NCBI GenBank assembly: GCA_012026655.1
Contig: JAAILG010000272.1
Location: 1-64,000, forward strand
DNA length: 64,000 bases
Source: Hydrolagus affinis
Lineage: Eukaryota
Reading direction: 5' to 3'
The position numbers and the translations under genes were made by a program. The number at the start of each line of letters is the position of its first letter. Position 1 is the first letter of the stretch. Shown piece by piece: positions 63,186 through 64,000 of the stretch. The notes beneath the pieces were generated by a model. That model was not told where the DNA came from and did no database searches. It worked only from the letters and a program-made list of their open reading frames with translations.

Positions 63186-64000
63186 TAACTACTGCTACAT
63201 GTAACATTTCAGTAAAGAGCATTTTCTGGGATTCACTGTTCGACCAAGGACAACCTGATTGGTTTCCTGCGGCACAAGTGAAGCAGAGAGATTCAACTCT
63301 TGAGGCATTGCTGCACAAGCAAAAACATTGATATGGGAAACACATCCAAGTAGAGGCTCTTTTGCTCCTCGGGCTCAACACACTTTGGTACATGTTTGGT
63401 TTAGAGGCTTTACACACAGATCAGCAGCACAAACAAGCAGAACTTTTTATTTATCTATTTCTACCTGAGGAGGGTTAGGCATAAAAAAAATCATAGGAGG
63501 GGTGTTGGGCGTGGGGTGTTATGCTTTTAAAGGATTCATTCACAAATTCACATCGATTCATTCACAAATTCTTTCCCATTAGCTGAGAGAGGACAGAATA
63601 AAGAGTTGCAATTTTTCAGCTGACCACATCCTCGTGATTTGTTGCGTTCCGGATAAAATATACAGTCAATTTTTCCTTTCCTCCAACCACGAACCCCCCT
63701 GCTCTGATCCCAACCTGGGGACGTTGTTGTATTCTGTGAAGCGCTTTGAGACGTCGATAAGACGTGGAAGGCGCTATATAAACTTAAGGATTATTATTAT
63801 TTATATTATTTATACATAAACGTTTTAGAGTCATCAGAGCTACTTACGGTTCGAAGCAAAGGGTTTTGATCCCTCACGTAGAATGCATCAGAGAGAGGGA
63901 GAGAATACCAGAACACCACCTATGGAGAGATGGTTGCAATAGAATAGCGAGCCAGTTCCGAGGGATATCTGGAAAGTGAACAAATACACACAGTTGTAAA

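Noticed and set aside
1-64000. CRISPR array, operon or prokaryotic defence system
   Set aside because: The repeats are dispersed vertebrate SINEs, LINEs and microsatellites. There is no regular repeat-spacer periodicity and no dense prokaryotic coding.

Overview
Eukaryotic (vertebrate) genomic DNA, most likely a cartilaginous fish; the repeat set suggests a chimaera or elephant shark (inference). One protein-coding gene is clearly recognisable: GPR139, a class A GPCR on the + strand. Its two coding exons (33591-33720 and 48999-49933; 354 aa) are separated by a 15.3 kb phase-1 GT-AG intron that contains a 100-N assembly gap, and a probable ~3.6 kb 3' UTR follows. The rest is non-coding DNA dense in retroelements: dozens of copies of a ~330 bp tRNA-headed Deu-domain SINE with an L2-type 3' tail, L2 and CR1 LINE fragments, older DeuSINE and LF-SINE-like relics, and microsatellites. 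The most unusual items are two short Penelope-like fold-back elements carrying hammerhead ribozyme cores (one with a 12-bp TSD), a covarying SINE/L2 3' stem-loop, several local templated duplications, and a tentative unidentified exon chain near 2.3-3.3 kb. There are no prokaryotic systems or CRISPR arrays. Nearly all ORFs in the supplied track are spurious. Repeat boundaries are approximate (about +/-10-20 bp), family names come from recalled consensus motifs rather than a database search, and many small SINE fragments are not listed individually.
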